Counted from the stretch's first letter, positions 9,059 through 19,246 are shown. The stretch: DNA of 53,842 nt from Acidimicrobiales bacterium (GCA_024644005.1 JAHELU010000001.1:1-53842); one strand, 5' to 3'. The notes: generated by a model not told the origin, from the sequence alone. Program-made: numbers and translations.

Positions 9059-10899
9059 CCGCGCTCGGCATGCCCGTCAAGGTGGCGTCGGAGAGCACCT
9101 ACCGACTGGGTTGGGACCTCGTCAAGTACCGGCCGGCGCTGTTCGGGTTCTGCTTCGTCTGCTGGACCTTGATCCACGCCACGCCGGTCCTGATCGGCCT
9201 CATGGTCGGCCGTATCTTCGACGCCCTGGCCGGCGGAGACACCGGTCAGGGCATCGACGGCACGTCGGCCTGGACCTGGCTGGGTCTGTTCACCTTCCTG
9301 GCCGTGGCCCGCAACGGTCTCGTCTGGATCGGTGAGCTGCGCTGGATCGTCTACTGGAACGACCAGAGCCTGCAGCTGCAGCGCAACCTCCTGCGGTGGC
9401 TGCTCGAGGCCGACGGCTCGAGAGTGCTGGCCTCGTCGCCGGGTGAGGCGGTGTCCACCTTCCGCGACGACGTCGAGGACCTCCTGGAGTACGTCGAGAA
9501 CTTCGTCGACGGCGGGGGCATCCTGGTGTTCACAATCGGGTCCGTCGCCGTCATGGCCTCGATCGACCCGTGGCTGACGCTGGCCCTGGTGATTCCGCTG
9601 CTGCTGGTGGTGTTCGTGGCTCAGGCGCTCGGGCCCCAGATCCGGACGAGACGGCGGGCCATGCGGCGGGCCACGGAGAACGTGACCGGCCTGATCGGCG
9701 AGACCTTCGGGGCCGTCCAGTCGGTGAAGCTGGCCTCGAAGGAGGCGCCGATGCTGGCCGAGTTCGGGCGCCGCAACGAGATCCGGCGCAGGGCCGCCCT
9801 GCGGGACACGTTCCTCACCGAGGCGCTCATGTCGCTCAACCTCAACATGTCGACGCTCACCATCGCCGTCGTGCTCCTGGTGTCGGCCCGTGGGCTGAGC
9901 GACGGCTCGCTGTCGATCGGGGACCTCGTGGTGTTCCTGACCTACCTGCCCCGGCTGACCTTCTACCTCGCCTTCGTCGGCCACCTCATCGCCCAGCACC
10001 GCCGGACCGGGGTGGCCTACGAGCGGATCCGGCGGTTGGCGGTCGACGCCGAGGACGACGTGCTGCTCGACCGGACGAGGGTCCCGCTCGAGGGCGAGCT
10101 CGGCGAGCTGCCGGCCCGGAGCCGCAAGCCCGATGATCTGCTCGTCCGGCTCGACGTGTCGAACCTGTCGTTCACCTACCGGACGGCCGAGGCGGGAAGG
10201 GACGGCGACGGCCAGCGGGTCGACGGTCGCCCCGGCTTCGCCATCGCAGATGTCACGTTCTCCGTCGAGCGCGGCTCGTTCAACGTCATCGCCGGCCGGG
10301 TCGGGGCGGGTAAGACCACGATCCTGCGAGCGCTGCTCGGGCTCGTGCCCGCCGACGGCGACGTCCGGTGGAACGGGCAGCCGATCGGCGATCGGGCCTC
10401 GTTCCTGGTCCCGCCCCGCTCCGCCTACACCCCGCAGATCCCACGGCTGTTCTCCGACACCCTGTCCTACAACATCTCGCTCCGCGAGTCGACGTCGGCC
10501 GAGTCGGTCCACTCGGCGGCCAGGCTGGCGGTGCTCGACGACGATCTCGATCGGCTGGCCGGTGGCATCGAGACCGTGGTCGGAGCCAGGGGGGTCAAGC
10601 TGTCCGGTGGCCAGATCCAGCGCTCGGCCGTGGCCAGGATGTTCGCCACCGAGGCCGATCTCCTCGTGTTCGACGATCTCTCCTCGGCCCTCGACCTCCA
10701 CACCGAAGCCGAGCTGTGGGCCCGGCTGTTCGACCATCGGGAGGCGACCTGCCTCGTGGTCTCCCACCGCCCGGCGGCGCTCCAACGGGCCGACCAGATC
10801 CTGGTGGTCGACGGCGGCAGGATCGTCGACCGGGGACGGCTCCCGGAGCTGCTGGAGCGGTCACCGGTCATGGCCGAGCTGTGGGAGGCGGGCCGCTGA
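9055..10899 (+). CDS. ABC exporter, fused permease-ATPase (heterodimer partner 2)
   Basis: 614 aa. ATGA overlap with the upstream gene. Walker A GRVGAGKTT, signature LSGGQIQR, Walker B LLVFDD. Confidence 0.85.
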   Translation: MTALGMPVKVASESTYRLGWDLVKYRPALFGFCFVCWTLIHATPVLIGLMVGRIFDALAGGDTGQGIDGTSAWTWLGLFTFLAVARNGLVWIGELRWIVYWNDQSLQLQRNLLRWLLEADGSRVLASSPGEAVSTFRDDVEDLLEYVENFVDGGGILVFTIGSVAVMASIDPWLTLALVIPLLLVVFVAQALGPQIRTRRRAMRRATENVTGLIGETFGAVQSVKLASKEAPMLAEFGRRNEIRRRAALRDTFLTEALMSLNLNMSTLTIAVVLLVSARGLSDGSLSIGDLVVFLTYLPRLTFYLAFVGHLIAQHRRTGVAYERIRRLAVDAEDDVLLDRTRVPLEGELGELPARSRKPDDLLVRLDVSNLSFTYRTAEAGRDGDGQRVDGRPGFAIADVTFSVERGSFNVIAGRVGAGKTTILRALLGLVPADGDVRWNGQPIGDRASFLVPPRSAYTPQIPRLFSDTLSYNISLRESTSAESVHSAARLAVLDDDLDRLAGGIETVVGARGVKLSGGQIQRSAVARMFATEADLLVFDDLSSALDLHTEAELWARLFDHREATCLVVSHRPAALQRADQILVVDGGRIVDRGRLPELLERSPVMAELWEAGR

Positions 10900-10946
10900 C
10901 CCGAGTCCGGCACCGACCGAAATGGCCGGACAATCGGGGCCGGCCC

Positions 10947-10952
10947 TACACT
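10947..10952 (+). promoter_or_regulatory. -10 box TACACT, 6 nt upstream of GTG 10959 (leaderless-type)
   Basis: Sequence is ccTACACTcgtgcgGTG. Confidence 0.5.
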
Positions 10953-10958
10953 CGTGCG

Positions 10959-12254
10959 GTGCTCTCCGAACCGCGCTCCGAGCCCGTAGCGGCGACCGAC
11001 ATCGACCGTCGGGCCGTGCAGCGCAGGACCCTGGCCGTGCTGTTCGCCAGCGCCATCTTCGGTCGAGCCGCCATGTCGATCGGATTCGTGGTCTCGGCGC
11101 TGCTCATGGCCGAGATCCTGGGATCGAGCACCTGGGCCGGCGCCTCGACCGCTGCCATAACGGTCGGGACCGCGTTCAGTGCGTCGGCCCTGGCGGGCTA
11201 CATGAGCCGGCGGGGTCGCCGACCGGGTCTGACCCTCGGCTACGTGGTGGCCGTCGGCGGCGGGGCGGTGGCGATCTTCGGGGGGCATCAACTGGCCCTC
11301 GTCCCGTACCTGATCGGGTTGGTTCTGATCGGCGTCGGCCAGGGCGGTACCAACCTGGCCCGGTACGCTGCGGCCGATCTGGCCGAGCCGACGGCCAGGG
11401 GCAAGGCCATCAGCTACGTGGTCTTCGCGTCGACGATCGGGGCGGTCGGCGGGCCGGCCCTCGCCGGCATCGCCGGCGACATCGGCGAGCGGTTCGGCAT
11501 GGACGAGCTCGTCGGGCCGTTCGGCTTCGCCGCCGTGTTCTTCGCCGTCGGCGGCCTGATCGTCTGGCTCGGGCTGCGACCGGACCCGCTGGTAGTGGCC
11601 GGCGGGACGATGGTCGACGTCACCAGGCCGAAGGCCGGCTTCGGGCGCAGCATGGGCATCATCATGGCCGACCCACAGGCCAGGCTGGCGCTGGCGGGTC
11701 TCGTGGTGTCACAGGCCGTGATGGTCATGGTGATGGCCATGACCCCGCTGCACATGAAGGAGCACGGTCACAGCGTCGGGCTCGTCGGCTGGGTGCTGTC
11801 GGCCCACACCGCCGGCATGTTCGCCTTCGCCCCGCTGGCGGGGTGGGTGTCCGACCGGTTCGGTCGCGTGATCTCCATCGTCATCGCCGGGATCGTGTTG
11901 ATGGCCGCCACCGTCATGACCGCCCTGGCGGGCGAGGCCCCGGCCCTCCTGATGTTCCCCGGGCTCTACCTGCTCGGGCTGGGCTGGAGCTTCGGCATGG
12001 TCGGATCGAGCGCACTGCTGACCGAGTCGGTGCCGGCCGAGGATCAGGTCTCGGCCCAGGGGGCGGCGGATCTCGTCACCAGCTTCGCCAGCGGGGTCGG
12101 GGCGCTCGGCTCTGGCCTGGTGTTCACCATGGCCGGCTTCCACATCCTGTCGGGCATCGGCATCGTGGCGTCCGGGCTGCTGTTCGTCGCCGCCTTCATC
12201 AGGGAGCGACTGGGCGCCGGCGGCGCGCCGATCCCGGTTCCCGGCGGGCCGTGA
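10959..12254 (+). CDS. MFS transporter
   Basis: Polytopic ORF within the longer frame 10368-12254. The start is set at the first in-frame GTG after the upstream stop, and a -10 box sits 6 nt before it. Confidence 0.75.
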   Translation: MLSEPRSEPVAATDIDRRAVQRRTLAVLFASAIFGRAAMSIGFVVSALLMAEILGSSTWAGASTAAITVGTAFSASALAGYMSRRGRRPGLTLGYVVAVGGGAVAIFGGHQLALVPYLIGLVLIGVGQGGTNLARYAAADLAEPTARGKAISYVVFASTIGAVGGPALAGIAGDIGERFGMDELVGPFGFAAVFFAVGGLIVWLGLRPDPLVVAGGTMVDVTRPKAGFGRSMGIIMADPQARLALAGLVVSQAVMVMVMAMTPLHMKEHGHSVGLVGWVLSAHTAGMFAFAPLAGWVSDRFGRVISIVIAGIVLMAATVMTALAGEAPALLMFPGLYLLGLGWSFGMVGSSALLTESVPAEDQVSAQGAADLVTSFASGVGALGSGLVFTMAGFHILSGIGIVASGLLFVAAFIRERLGAGGAPIPVPGGP

Positions 12255-12294
12255 TCGAACCCGGTCCGGCCGACGATCCTCACCGGCCAGGACC

Positions 12295-13221
12295 TCAGGC
12301 CCGCCGGGGGACGTCGATAACGGCCAGGTCCTCGGCGACGACGACGTCGGCGTGGTGGCGGGCCGCCTCGGCGCCGAACTGGTCGCTGTCGAGGTAGCGG
12401 GCCGAGAAGTGGCTGAGGACCAGGCGCCTGGCCCCGGCAGCCGCGGCCAATCGGCCGGCCTGATCCGCGGTCATGTGGCGGTACTTGGCCGCGAGGTCCC
12501 GGTGCTCGTCGAGGTAGGTCGACTCGCAGACCAGCAGGTCGACGCCGTCGGCCAGCTCGGCTGCCCCGTCGCAGGGAGCGGTGTCCATGACGAACGCCAT
12601 CGACTGGCCCCGCTTCGGCGTCGACACCTGCTCGACCGTGATCCGGCCGGCGTCGGTCTCGAACCAGCCCTGGGCCGACAGCGTGCCGATGTCCGGACCG
12701 CTGATACCGAGCTCGGCGAGGCGGACCGGGTCCAGCGTGACGCCGTCCGGCTCGCTCAGCCGGTAGCCGAATGTGGTGACCCGGTGCAGGAGGGCGACGG
12801 CCTGCAGCTCCGCCGATCCGACCAGACCGACCGGGCCGTCACCCGAGATCGGTCGGGGCTCGATGTTGGCGGTGTCGTAGTAGATCGAGAGCCGCCGCAT
12901 GCGATCGAGGTACTCGCCGCCGTCGGCCGGATGGTAGACGGGCAGCGGTGCCAGGCCGTCCGGGTTCGAGCGGGCATCGAGCGCCCGGCGCTGGATCACC
13001 CCGGGCAGGCCGAGACAGTGGTCGCCGTGGAAGTGGGTCAGGCACACCGCCGTCAGCCGGGCGATGGCGATGCCGGCCAGCAGGCACTGCCGCTGGGCCC
13101 CCTCGCCGGGGTCGAACAGGATCAGCTGATCGTCCCAACGCAGGACATAGCCGTTGTGGGCTCGGTAGCGGGTCGGCGCCTGGCTTGCGGTCCCCAAGAC
13201 GATCAGCTGTCTTGCGGTCAT
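12295..13221 (-). CDS. rnz: Ribonuclease Z / metallo-beta-lactamase fold
   Basis: Begins MTARQLIVLGTASQAPTRYRAHNGYVLRW and carries THFHGDHCLGLPG. Start is at internal Met 40 of the track ORF. Confidence 0.8.
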   Translation of the reverse strand: MTARQLIVLGTASQAPTRYRAHNGYVLRWDDQLILFDPGEGAQRQCLLAGIAIARLTAVCLTHFHGDHCLGLPGVIQRRALDARSNPDGLAPLPVYHPADGGEYLDRMRRLSIYYDTANIEPRPISGDGPVGLVGSAELQAVALLHRVTTFGYRLSEPDGVTLDPVRLAELGISGPDIGTLSAQGWFETDAGRITVEQVSTPKRGQSMAFVMDTAPCDGAAELADGVDLLVCESTYLDEHRDLAAKYRHMTADQAGRLAAAAGARRLVLSHFSARYLDSDQFGAEAARHHADVVVAEDLAVIDVPRRA

Positions 13222-13228
13222 CCGGGCT

Positions 13229-13234
13229 AGTGTA
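13229..13234 (-). promoter_or_regulatory. -10 box TACACT, 7 nt upstream of ATG 13221 (leaderless-type)
   Basis: The reverse strand reads gTACACTagcccggATG. Confidence 0.5.
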
Positions 13235-13356
13235 CGGCTCGGTCCCGACCGGACCGGGCTCCCGGCCACGGAATGGGTCGCCGGACCCAGCGGTTGTCCC
13301 GGCTGGAAGCCGCATCCGCTCCCTCGCTCGTTCGCCAACCGCTCGGAGACCGACAG

Positions 13357-14727
13357 ATGGCCACCGCATCAGAACCCGCCCGGGACGGTGACGACCCGAC
13401 CAGGGCCGACGCCCTCGTGCTCTTCGGCATCACGGGCGATCTCGCCAGGCGCAAGCTCTTCTCCGCCCTCTACCGGCTGGAGGTCGGGGGCCTGCTGGAC
13501 TGCCCCGTGATCGGCGTCGCCACCCGCCCCTGGACGAACGAGGACCTCCGCAGCAATGCCCGTGAGGCGCTCGTCGAAGCCGGCACCGAGATCGACGAGT
13601 CGGCCTGGGAGCGCCTGGCCGATCGCCTGGACTACGTCTCCGGCGACTACCGGGAGTCGGAGACCTTCGAACGGGTGGCGGAGAAGGTCGGCGACGCCGG
13701 CTGCCCCGTCTGCTACCTGGCCATCCCCCCGTTCCTGTTCTCCACCGTCGTCGAGGGCCTGGGAGCCACCGGATTGAACCGGGGCAGGGTGGTGCTCGAG
13801 AAGCCGTTCGGTCGCGACCTCGAATCGTCCCGGGAGCTGGAGCGGGCGGTGGCGGCTCACTACCCGGAGGAGCGGATCTACCGCATCGACCACTTCCTCG
13901 GCAAGGAGCCGGTGCTCAACATCCTGGTGTTCCGCTTCGCCAACTCCATCCTGGAACCGCTGTGGAACCGCCACCAGGTCCAGAGCGTGACGATCACCAT
14001 GACCGAGGACTTCGGGGTCGAGGGCCGTGGCAAGTTCTACGACGAGGTCGGCACGATCCGCGACGTCGTCCAGAACCACCTGCTCCAGATCGTGGCCCTG
14101 CTGGCGATGGAGCCGCCGGTCTCCGACGATGCCGACGCCATGGCCGACGAGGTCGTCAAGGTCCTCCGCTCGATGAAGCCGTTCGATCCGGCCAAGGTCT
14201 GGCGTGGTCAGTACGAGGGCTATCTCGACGAGGACGGCGTGAAGCCCGAATCGGACACGGAGACCTACGTGTCGCTCGAGTGCGAGATCGACTCCTGGCG
14301 GTGGGCCGGCGTGCCGTGGCGGATCAGGGCCGGCAAGGCGCTCGACAGGACCTGCACCGAGGCGGTCGTCGAGTTCTCGCAGCCGCCCCGCCCGCTGTTC
14401 ACCGAGGAGAACTGCTCGCCACAGCCGAACCGCCTCCGGTTCGTCATGAATCCGGACGATCACATCGAGTTCGAGATGCAGGCCAAGCAGCCGGGACCCC
14501 ACCTCACCAGCGAGACGGTCAGCATCAGCGTCGACCACCGAGGTGCCGAGCACGGGCCCTCCCCGTACCACCGGCTGCTGGGCGACGCGCTGGTCGGCGA
14601 CAAGCGACTGTTCGCCCGATGCGATCAGGTCGACTGGGCGTGGCAGGTCGTGCAGCCCGCCCTCGACGACCCGGCGCCCGTCGAGCGGTACCCCTACGGC
14701 TCCAGCTGTCCAGAGCTCGAGCAGTAG
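13357..14727 (+). CDS. zwf: Glucose-6-phosphate 1-dehydrogenase
   Basis: Motifs [23 protein letters not shown] and RIDHFLGKE. Confidence 0.9.
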   Translation: MATASEPARDGDDPTRADALVLFGITGDLARRKLFSALYRLEVGGLLDCPVIGVATRPWTNEDLRSNAREALVEAGTEIDESAWERLADRLDYVSGDYRESETFERVAEKVGDAGCPVCYLAIPPFLFSTVVEGLGATGLNRGRVVLEKPFGRDLESSRELERAVAAHYPEERIYRIDHFLGKEPVLNILVFRFANSILEPLWNRHQVQSVTITMTEDFGVEGRGKFYDEVGTIRDVVQNHLLQIVALLAMEPPVSDDADAMADEVVKVLRSMKPFDPAKVWRGQYEGYLDEDGVKPESDTETYVSLECEIDSWRWAGVPWRIRAGKALDRTCTEAVVEFSQPPRPLFTEENCSPQPNRLRFVMNPDDHIEFEMQAKQPGPHLTSETVSISVDHRGAEHGPSPYHRLLGDALVGDKRLFARCDQVDWAWQVVQPALDDPAPVERYPYGSSCPELEQ

Positions 14728-14812
14728 TGCTGCCGACCAGCGTCACGAATCGCCGATCGGCGCCCTACAGTTGGCGACCTCGCCAATCGCCGGGCCACCG
14801 AGGAGTGCCGAC

Positions 14813-15712
14813 ATGACCGGATCCACCGTCGCTGTCGATCTGGGCGGAACCCACGTTCGGGCCGCGCTGGTCGCCGATGACGGCACGGTCCTGGTCAGGG
14901 AGCGCCGGAGCACCCCGATCGGTGATCCGACCCCCGAGTTCCTGCCCGCCCTCGTGGCGGACGTGGTCGCGCAGTGTGGCGACGCGCCGCCCCCTCGACG
15001 GGCGGTGGTCGGCGTGGCGGGGGTGGTCGACCACGAGTCGGAGCGCCTGCTCCGGGCCCCGAACCTCCCATCGGCCTGGCGGGACCACCTGAACGAGGAG
15101 TGGCTGCAGGCCTCGACCGGGCTGGCGGTGGCGATGGCCAACGACGCCGACCTCGCTGCCGTCGGCGAGTCGTCGTTCGGCGCCGGCCGTGATCACCGCG
15201 ACGTCGTCTACGTCACCGTCTCCACCGGCGTCGGGGCAGGGGTGGTCGTTGCCGACCGGCTGGTCCGGGCCGCCCTGTCCGGTGGCGAGGTGGGTCACAC
15301 GGTCATCGACCGCGTGGCGGCGGCCGATGGCCTGCCATGCACCGTCGAGGACCTCGGGTCCGGCACCGCCATCGAGCGGGCCGCGGCCAAGGCGGGGATC
15401 GAGGAGCGGGGAGCGGCCCTGGCCGCCCTGGTCCGAGCGGGCTGCCAGCCGGCAGCCGACATCTGGAACTCGGCCATCGAGGTCGTCGGGCTCGGCATCG
15501 CCAACCTGGCCTGGATCGTCGCCCCTCAGATCGTGGTCGTCGGCGGCGGTGTCGGCATGAACCACGATCTGGTGGTACCCGTCGTCGAGCGGCAGCTCCA
15601 GCGGTTCGGCCCCGACGCCGCCGGCCCCATCGAGGTCAGGACGGCGGCCCTCGGCGACGATGCGGCGCTCGTGGGGGCTGCGGCCTGGTGGACGGCGGTC
15701 GGTCGTGACTGA
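14813..15712 (+). CDS. ROK-family sugar kinase (glucokinase-like)
   Basis: Begins MTGSTVAVDLGGTHVRAAL. AGGAG lies upstream of the ATG at 14813. Start is internal to track ORF 14543. Confidence 0.8.
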   Translation: MTGSTVAVDLGGTHVRAALVADDGTVLVRERRSTPIGDPTPEFLPALVADVVAQCGDAPPPRRAVVGVAGVVDHESERLLRAPNLPSAWRDHLNEEWLQASTGLAVAMANDADLAAVGESSFGAGRDHRDVVYVTVSTGVGAGVVVADRLVRAALSGGEVGHTVIDRVAAADGLPCTVEDLGSGTAIERAAAKAGIEERGAALAALVRAGCQPAADIWNSAIEVVGLGIANLAWIVAPQIVVVGGGVGMNHDLVVPVVERQLQRFGPDAAGPIEVRTAALGDDAALVGAAAWWTAVGRD

Positions 15713-16439
15713 CGACTTCCACACGCTCGACATCGCTGCGAACGAGCGGTGGCCACAACGGGCCGGAGATGTCCTGGCCGCGGCGATAGCCGCCGCGATC
15801 ACCCGGTCCGGTCGATGTCTGCTGGCTCTGAGCGGGGGCTCCACCCCGACGCCGGTCTTCCGGGCGCTGGCCGGACACGACGAGCTGGACTGGGAGCAGG
15901 TGACGATCCTCCAGGTCGACGAGCGGCTGGTGCCGGCCGATGACCCGGCCCGCAACCTCGACCAGCAGCGAGCTGTGTTCGACCACCTCGGGGTTCGCTG
16001 GCTGCCGATGCCGGTCGACGAGCTGCTGGTCGCCGGCGCATCCGGTCCCGACCCCGACGCCGAGGCCAGAACGGCCTCCATCATCGACCGCTTCTGCATG
16101 GCCCTCATGGAGCTGGCCGGCGACCCGCCGGTCCTCGACGTCGTCCACCTCGGGCTCGGCGAAGACGGTCACACCGCGTCGCTGGTGCCGAGGGATCCAC
16201 TGGTCAACGAGCTCAGGGACTATATCGGCATCACCGGTTCCTACCGGGGGACCCGTCGCATCTCGATGACCCGGCCGATGCTCGATCGGGCCCGGTTGGT
16301 GGTGTGGCTGGTCAGCGGCGCATCGAAGGCCGAGCCGCTCGGCCGGTTGCTCAGCGGCGACATGTCCATCCCGGCCGGTCTCGTCAGGCCGGCCCACTCG
16401 GTGGTCCTGGCCGACGCCGACGCCGCCCGCCAGGCCTGA
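15705..16439 (+). CDS. pgl: 6-phosphogluconolactonase
   Basis: Motifs LALSGGSTP and HLGLGEDGHTASLVP. The GTG at 15705 overlaps the kinase stop by 8 nt. Confidence 0.85.
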   Translation: MTDDFHTLDIAANERWPQRAGDVLAAAIAAAITRSGRCLLALSGGSTPTPVFRALAGHDELDWEQVTILQVDERLVPADDPARNLDQQRAVFDHLGVRWLPMPVDELLVAGASGPDPDAEARTASIIDRFCMALMELAGDPPVLDVVHLGLGEDGHTASLVPRDPLVNELRDYIGITGSYRGTRRISMTRPMLDRARLVVWLVSGASKAEPLGRLLSGDMSIPAGLVRPAHSVVLADADAARQA

Positions 16440-16487
16440 CCGGTCTCCCCGAGCGGCGCCCCTCGGGACGCCCGTCCGCCGAGGTCG

Positions 16488-17510
16488 TCAGTCGAGCCGC
16501 ACGTCGGTCACCAGGGGCTTGTGATCGCTGCCGGCCGGCTCACCGAATCGCACGTCGAGCACCTCGAAATGGTCGGTGACCAGCGCATGGTCCAGCCGCA
16601 TCACGGCGAACGGCAGCTCGTGATCGACCGGCCACGTGGCATCGAAGCCGCACCCCTTGCGCTCGTGGACGTCGGTCCAGCCGCGCCCGAACAGCGAGCG
16701 GAACTGGCGGTGATCGGCCGTTGCGTTGAAGTCGCCGACCAGCATGTGGGGCGTCGACGTGTCGACTGTGGCCAGCTGAGCGAGCTGGGCGGTCCAGATC
16801 GGGACGTTGGCCGATATCGACGGCGCCAAGGTGTGGACGACGGTGACCGCGAACGGCCCGGCCGGACCGTCGACGACGGCGGTCACGAGCTGGGACGACA
16901 CGAACGGGTCGACGGTCAGGTCCGCGAACGGCCACCGGCTCCAGATCAGATTGCCCTGAGGTGCGCTGGGGGCGTCGTCGCTGCGATGGACCCAGTCGGC
17001 CAGCCTCGGGTCCTCCCTGAGCTCCTTCAGGAACGGCCACCGGACCTCCTGGAGCACCACGACGTCGGCGTCCTCGGCCAGGATCGACGTCACGACGTCG
17101 TCGGCCCGGCCGCCGTCGTACAACACGTTGGCCGAATAGATGGTGATGGCGTCTCCCGCCTCGTCGGCCTGGCAGCCGATCACGGCGTCGACCGGCGAGA
17201 CCGTGACCAGGAACGAGGCTGCGGTGACACCGGTCACGACGCGCAGCGTGCGGCTCCTGGCCCGCCACGAGCCGGCCACCGCCACGGCCAGCGGGACGAA
17301 CAGCAGCGGCGTGAGGCCGACCAGGGCGATCGTCAGCGGTCGGTCGGCGCCGTGCCACCGGAGCACGAGCACGGCGATGACGGCTGCCGCGGCGAGCCAG
17401 CCGACGACCGCCCAGAACCACTGCGCAGCCCCGCGGCTCCGCCAGCTCGGCCCGGCCCCGGGTGAGGGGCGCCGGACCGGGGCCTCGCCGGTCTGCTGCG
17501 AGTTCGACAT
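16488..17510 (-). CDS. Endonuclease/exonuclease/phosphatase (EEP) family protein with N-terminal TM segments
   Basis: Motifs VVVLQEVRW and PAGSDHKPLVTDVRL. The hydrophobic N-terminal third suggests a membrane anchor. Confidence 0.75.
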   Translation of the reverse strand: MSNSQQTGEAPVRRPSPGAGPSWRSRGAAQWFWAVVGWLAAAAVIAVLVLRWHGADRPLTIALVGLTPLLFVPLAVAVAGSWRARSRTLRVVTGVTAASFLVTVSPVDAVIGCQADEAGDAITIYSANVLYDGGRADDVVTSILAEDADVVVLQEVRWPFLKELREDPRLADWVHRSDDAPSAPQGNLIWSRWPFADLTVDPFVSSQLVTAVVDGPAGPFAVTVVHTLAPSISANVPIWTAQLAQLATVDTSTPHMLVGDFNATADHRQFRSLFGRGWTDVHERKGCGFDATWPVDHELPFAVMRLDHALVTDHFEVLDVRFGEPAGSDHKPLVTDVRLD

Positions 17511-17657
17511 CACGGAAATGGCTCGGGCTCCTCAGGATCTGGGTCAGGTGTCGGCGCTCGTCGACAATGGTGGCCCGGAACGGCTCGGACCGGGCATCGC
17601 CATCGCAGCCGCGCCAATCGACGCAGGCGCTACCCGCCAATCGGCAGCCGGGCCGCC

Positions 17658-17663
17658 TACGCT
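17658..17663 (+). promoter_or_regulatory. -10 box TACGCT, 6 nt upstream of GTG 17670 (leaderless-type)
   Basis: Sequence is cTACGCTtagcgtGTG. Confidence 0.5.
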
Positions 17664-17669
17664 TAGCGT

Positions 17670-19085
17670 GTGAAGCGGTACCACCTCCGAACCTACGGCT
17701 GCCAGATGAACGAGCACGACTCCGAGCGCATCGCCGGACTGCTCGAGGCCGACGGGTACGAAGCAACGCCGTCGCCGGAGGCGGCAGACGTCGTGGTGCT
17801 CAACACCTGCTGCATCAGGGAGAACGCGGACAACAAGCTCTACGGAGCGCTCGGCAACCTCAAGGCGCTGAAGCAGGACAAGCCCGACCTGCAGATCGTG
17901 GTGGCGGGCTGCCTGGCCCAGAAGGACAGGGACCTCATCCGGGAGCGAGCCGGCCACGTCGACGTGGTCTTCGGCACCCACAACGTGCATCGGGCCGCCG
18001 AGCTGCTGTCGGAGGCCCGTCGAGGTGGCCCGATCACCGAGATCTGGACCGAGGCCATGGTGGGGGAGGCCGAGGCCTTCCCATCGGCCCTGCCGGCCAA
18101 GCGGGAGACGGACCACGCAGCCTGGCTCACTATCCAGATCGGCTGCGACAACGCCTGCGCCTTCTGCATCGTCCCGTCGGTCAGGGGCGCCGAGATCAGC
18201 CGCCCCTTCGTCGAGATCGTGGCCGACGCCCGGGACCTCGCGGCCCGGGGCGTCACCGAGGTGACCCTGCTCGGACAGAACGTGAACTCCTACGGTCGTG
18301 ACCTCGCCCTGGCCGCCCGCCGCCAGGGTGAGCCCGTGCGGGTCCGGCCCCGGTTCGGCCAGTTGCTCCGGGCGGTCGGGGCGATCGAGGGCTTGCGCCG
18401 GGTCCGGTTCACCAGCCCCCATCCCAAGGACATGACCGCCGACGTGTTCGAGGCCATGGCGGCGACCGAGACCGTGGTCGATCACCTCCACTTCCCGCTG
18501 CAGTCCGGTTCCGATCGGGTCCTGGCCGCCATGCACCGTGGCTACACCGGTGCCCGGTACCTGGAGAAGCTGGCCGCGGCCAGAGCGACGATCGACGACC
18601 TGGCCGTCACCACAGACATCATCGTCGGCTTCCCTGGCGAGACCGAGGACGACTTCCAGGCCACCCTCGAGCTGGCCGCCGAGGCCGGGTTCGACAGCGC
18701 CTACACGTTCGTCTTCTCCCCCCGGCCGGGAACCGAGGCGGCGGAGCTGGTGGACCAGTTCTGTGATCCGGACGAGGTCAAGGACCGGTACGCCCGCCTC
18801 AGAACGGTCATCGAGCGGTCGGCCCTCGCCCGGTACCGGGCCAGGATCGGGCTGGTGGAGGAGGTGGTCGTCGAGGGACCGTCGAAGAAGGACCCGTCGC
18901 TGCTGACCGGGCGAACCGCCCACAACAAGCTGGTCCACTTCGCCTCGGCACCGTTGCGGCCCGGGACCTATGCCACCACCCGCATCACCGACGCCGCTCA
19001 CCAGTACCTTCGGGGAGAGCTGATCGAGGTGACGGCCAGGCCGGCCCACCGCACCAGGATCCCGGTGGCCGCCGCCGGGCGCTAG
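17670..19085 (+). CDS. miaB: tRNA-2-methylthio-N6-dimethylallyladenosine synthase
   Basis: Begins MKRYHLRTYGCQMNEHDSE, with the radical-SAM motif GCDNACAFC. Confidence 0.93.
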   Translation: MKRYHLRTYGCQMNEHDSERIAGLLEADGYEATPSPEAADVVVLNTCCIRENADNKLYGALGNLKALKQDKPDLQIVVAGCLAQKDRDLIRERAGHVDVVFGTHNVHRAAELLSEARRGGPITEIWTEAMVGEAEAFPSALPAKRETDHAAWLTIQIGCDNACAFCIVPSVRGAEISRPFVEIVADARDLAARGVTEVTLLGQNVNSYGRDLALAARRQGEPVRVRPRFGQLLRAVGAIEGLRRVRFTSPHPKDMTADVFEAMAATETVVDHLHFPLQSGSDRVLAAMHRGYTGARYLEKLAAARATIDDLAVTTDIIVGFPGETEDDFQATLELAAEAGFDSAYTFVFSPRPGTEAAELVDQFCDPDEVKDRYARLRTVIERSALARYRARIGLVEEVVVEGPSKKDPSLLTGRTAHNKLVHFASAPLRPGTYATTRITDAAHQYLRGELIEVTARPAHRTRIPVAAAGR

Positions 19086-19246
19086 CGCCCCGAGTCACAA
19101 GTCGTGCTCATGTTTCGACGGCTCGTTTCGCCCCTCGCAGCGTCCTCGTCGTTGCCTCACGCTCACGAGTGAAGCTGCCTCCTGCGTCCTTGCGAGGGAC
19201 GAAGTCGCTCGCCGAAATACTGAGCGAACTCATGACTCGGGGCGCT
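19084..19246 (-). repeat. Nested imperfect-palindrome element, copy A (candidate structured RNA / REP-like element), inverted relative to copy B
   Basis: 14-bp closing helix AGCGCCCCGAGTCA (19084-19097) / TGACTCGGGGCGCT (19233-19246). Inner helix CCCTCGCA / TGCGAGGG. The reverse complement carries CAAGGACGCAGGA...CAGCTT...GTGAGCG...CGAGGACGC, collinear with 49283-49451. Confidence 0.7.

Noticed and set aside
19108-19233. 41-codon ORF (MSSLSISASDFVPRKDAGG...) starting with an ATGA overlap on the decarboxylase stop, inside element A.
   Set aside because: The homologous element B conserves the nucleotide blocks, but it does so in different reading frames for the two AGGACGC blocks. The conservation is therefore not at the peptide level.
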